A DNA stretch of 64,000 nt. It comes from the human T2T-CHM13v2.0 reference genome, Homo sapiens. The stretch is taken from NCBI RefSeq assembly GCF_009914755.1, contig NC_060929.1. One strand, 5' to 3'. Positions 37,083 through 64,000 of this stretch are shown piece after piece; positions within the stretch are counted from its first letter, which is position 1; the number at the start of each line of letters is the position of its first letter. A program made the translations under genes and the position numbers. A model generated the notes under the pieces. It ran no database searches, was not told where the DNA came from, and saw only the letters and a program-made list of their open reading frames with translations.

Positions 37083-37922
37083 TGATGTTTCAGGTCTCTC
37101 TGTGACAGTGAATCAAAGTCCCCCTTTTCTCCTTTTCCCTAACAAGGGACGGCTTGCAACATAAGATGATCAAAAAGACTGGCCCAGCAGGGTTTTCTAA
37201 GGTCTCTGTCTGGCTATCAATCAACAAGAGGATCCCAGAGTATGCAGCCCTCCCTAGACCCACCTGACTGGGGAACCCTTCTGCTGTGGCGCATCTCAGA
37301 GGGCCAGGGTTCCACGGAGCACAGTTTGGGAAAGGCTGCAAAGACAGCCACTAGATGTATCAGCAGGTGAACGAAGGACCCTGCCCACCCATAGTCTCTG
37401 GATGGTCCTGGACAAATTATGGTCCCTCTCCAGGGTCTTGATTGTGAAGGATACTATTAGTTTGAACACTTCTAACAGGCAGGTATAGATGGTGCAGTGG
37501 TTGAGAGAATGAACTCTGGACTCCAAAAGACCTGTGTTCCAAGCATGGTCTTGTCATTGACTCCCCTTGGCCTCAGGCAAGCCCCTTCGTATCTTGGTGC
37601 CTTAGCAGCCACCTCACAGTTGTGGGAATAACACAACTGCACGTCTAGTGCCTTGGAGCATTTCCTGGTGCATGGCAGGTCCTGGATTCAGGTTCAGACA
37701 TCGTGGTCACCCCTACCCCACCTGGCCTCCCCCTTGGTTCCCCTGACCCTAGAGCATCTGGAAAATGGACAGAGGGTGATAGAGGCCCTGGGGGAGAACT
37801 ACTAAGCAGCAGTGGTGGGTGGGCTCGGGTCAGACCCAGGCAGATGGGAGTCTGCCAAAAGGAGGGAGGCCTGAGTCCAGGAGCCATTCCCTGACCTCTT
37901 CCCTTAGGTCCCTGCGGATGTG

Positions 37923-64000
<26,078 letters not shown>

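Overview
Human (primate) genomic DNA that is GC-rich and Alu-dense. I recognise it as the RNF44-CDHR2 locus (5q35.2). On the minus strand is the full RNF44 coding region: 10 coding exons from 5027 down to 1583, 432 aa, with a C-terminal RING-H2 domain. Its non-coding exon 1 and CpG-island promoter lie at about 9.0-10.7 kb, and its 3' UTR runs off the left edge. On the plus strand is CDHR2 (protocadherin-24, brush-border cadherin), with two candidate non-coding first exons (about 15.1-15.3 kb and 21.9-22.0 kb) and 29 coding exons from 37923 to the right edge. The exon phases of both genes add up. The rest is about 40 Alus, 7SL and Y3 RNA pseudogenes, a MER4-group solo LTR with a 4-bp TSD, DNA-transposon fossils (Tigger3a, MER2, MER20, MER53), MLT1/L2/MIR fragments and simple repeats. 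I see no unambiguous new gene system. The best candidate for something undescribed is RNF44 intron 6: a 375-nt, stop-free, in-frame intron made almost entirely of a 48-bp minisatellite, each unit carrying an E-box and six of the seven a branch-point-like CTGAC. Other notable points are two stop-free in-frame CDHR2 introns (one mimics the next cadherin motif), a GC-AG intron, a MER53 hairpin next to a splice acceptor, and several unusual retro-insertion and template-switch scars. Repeat subfamily names and edges are by eye and approximate.
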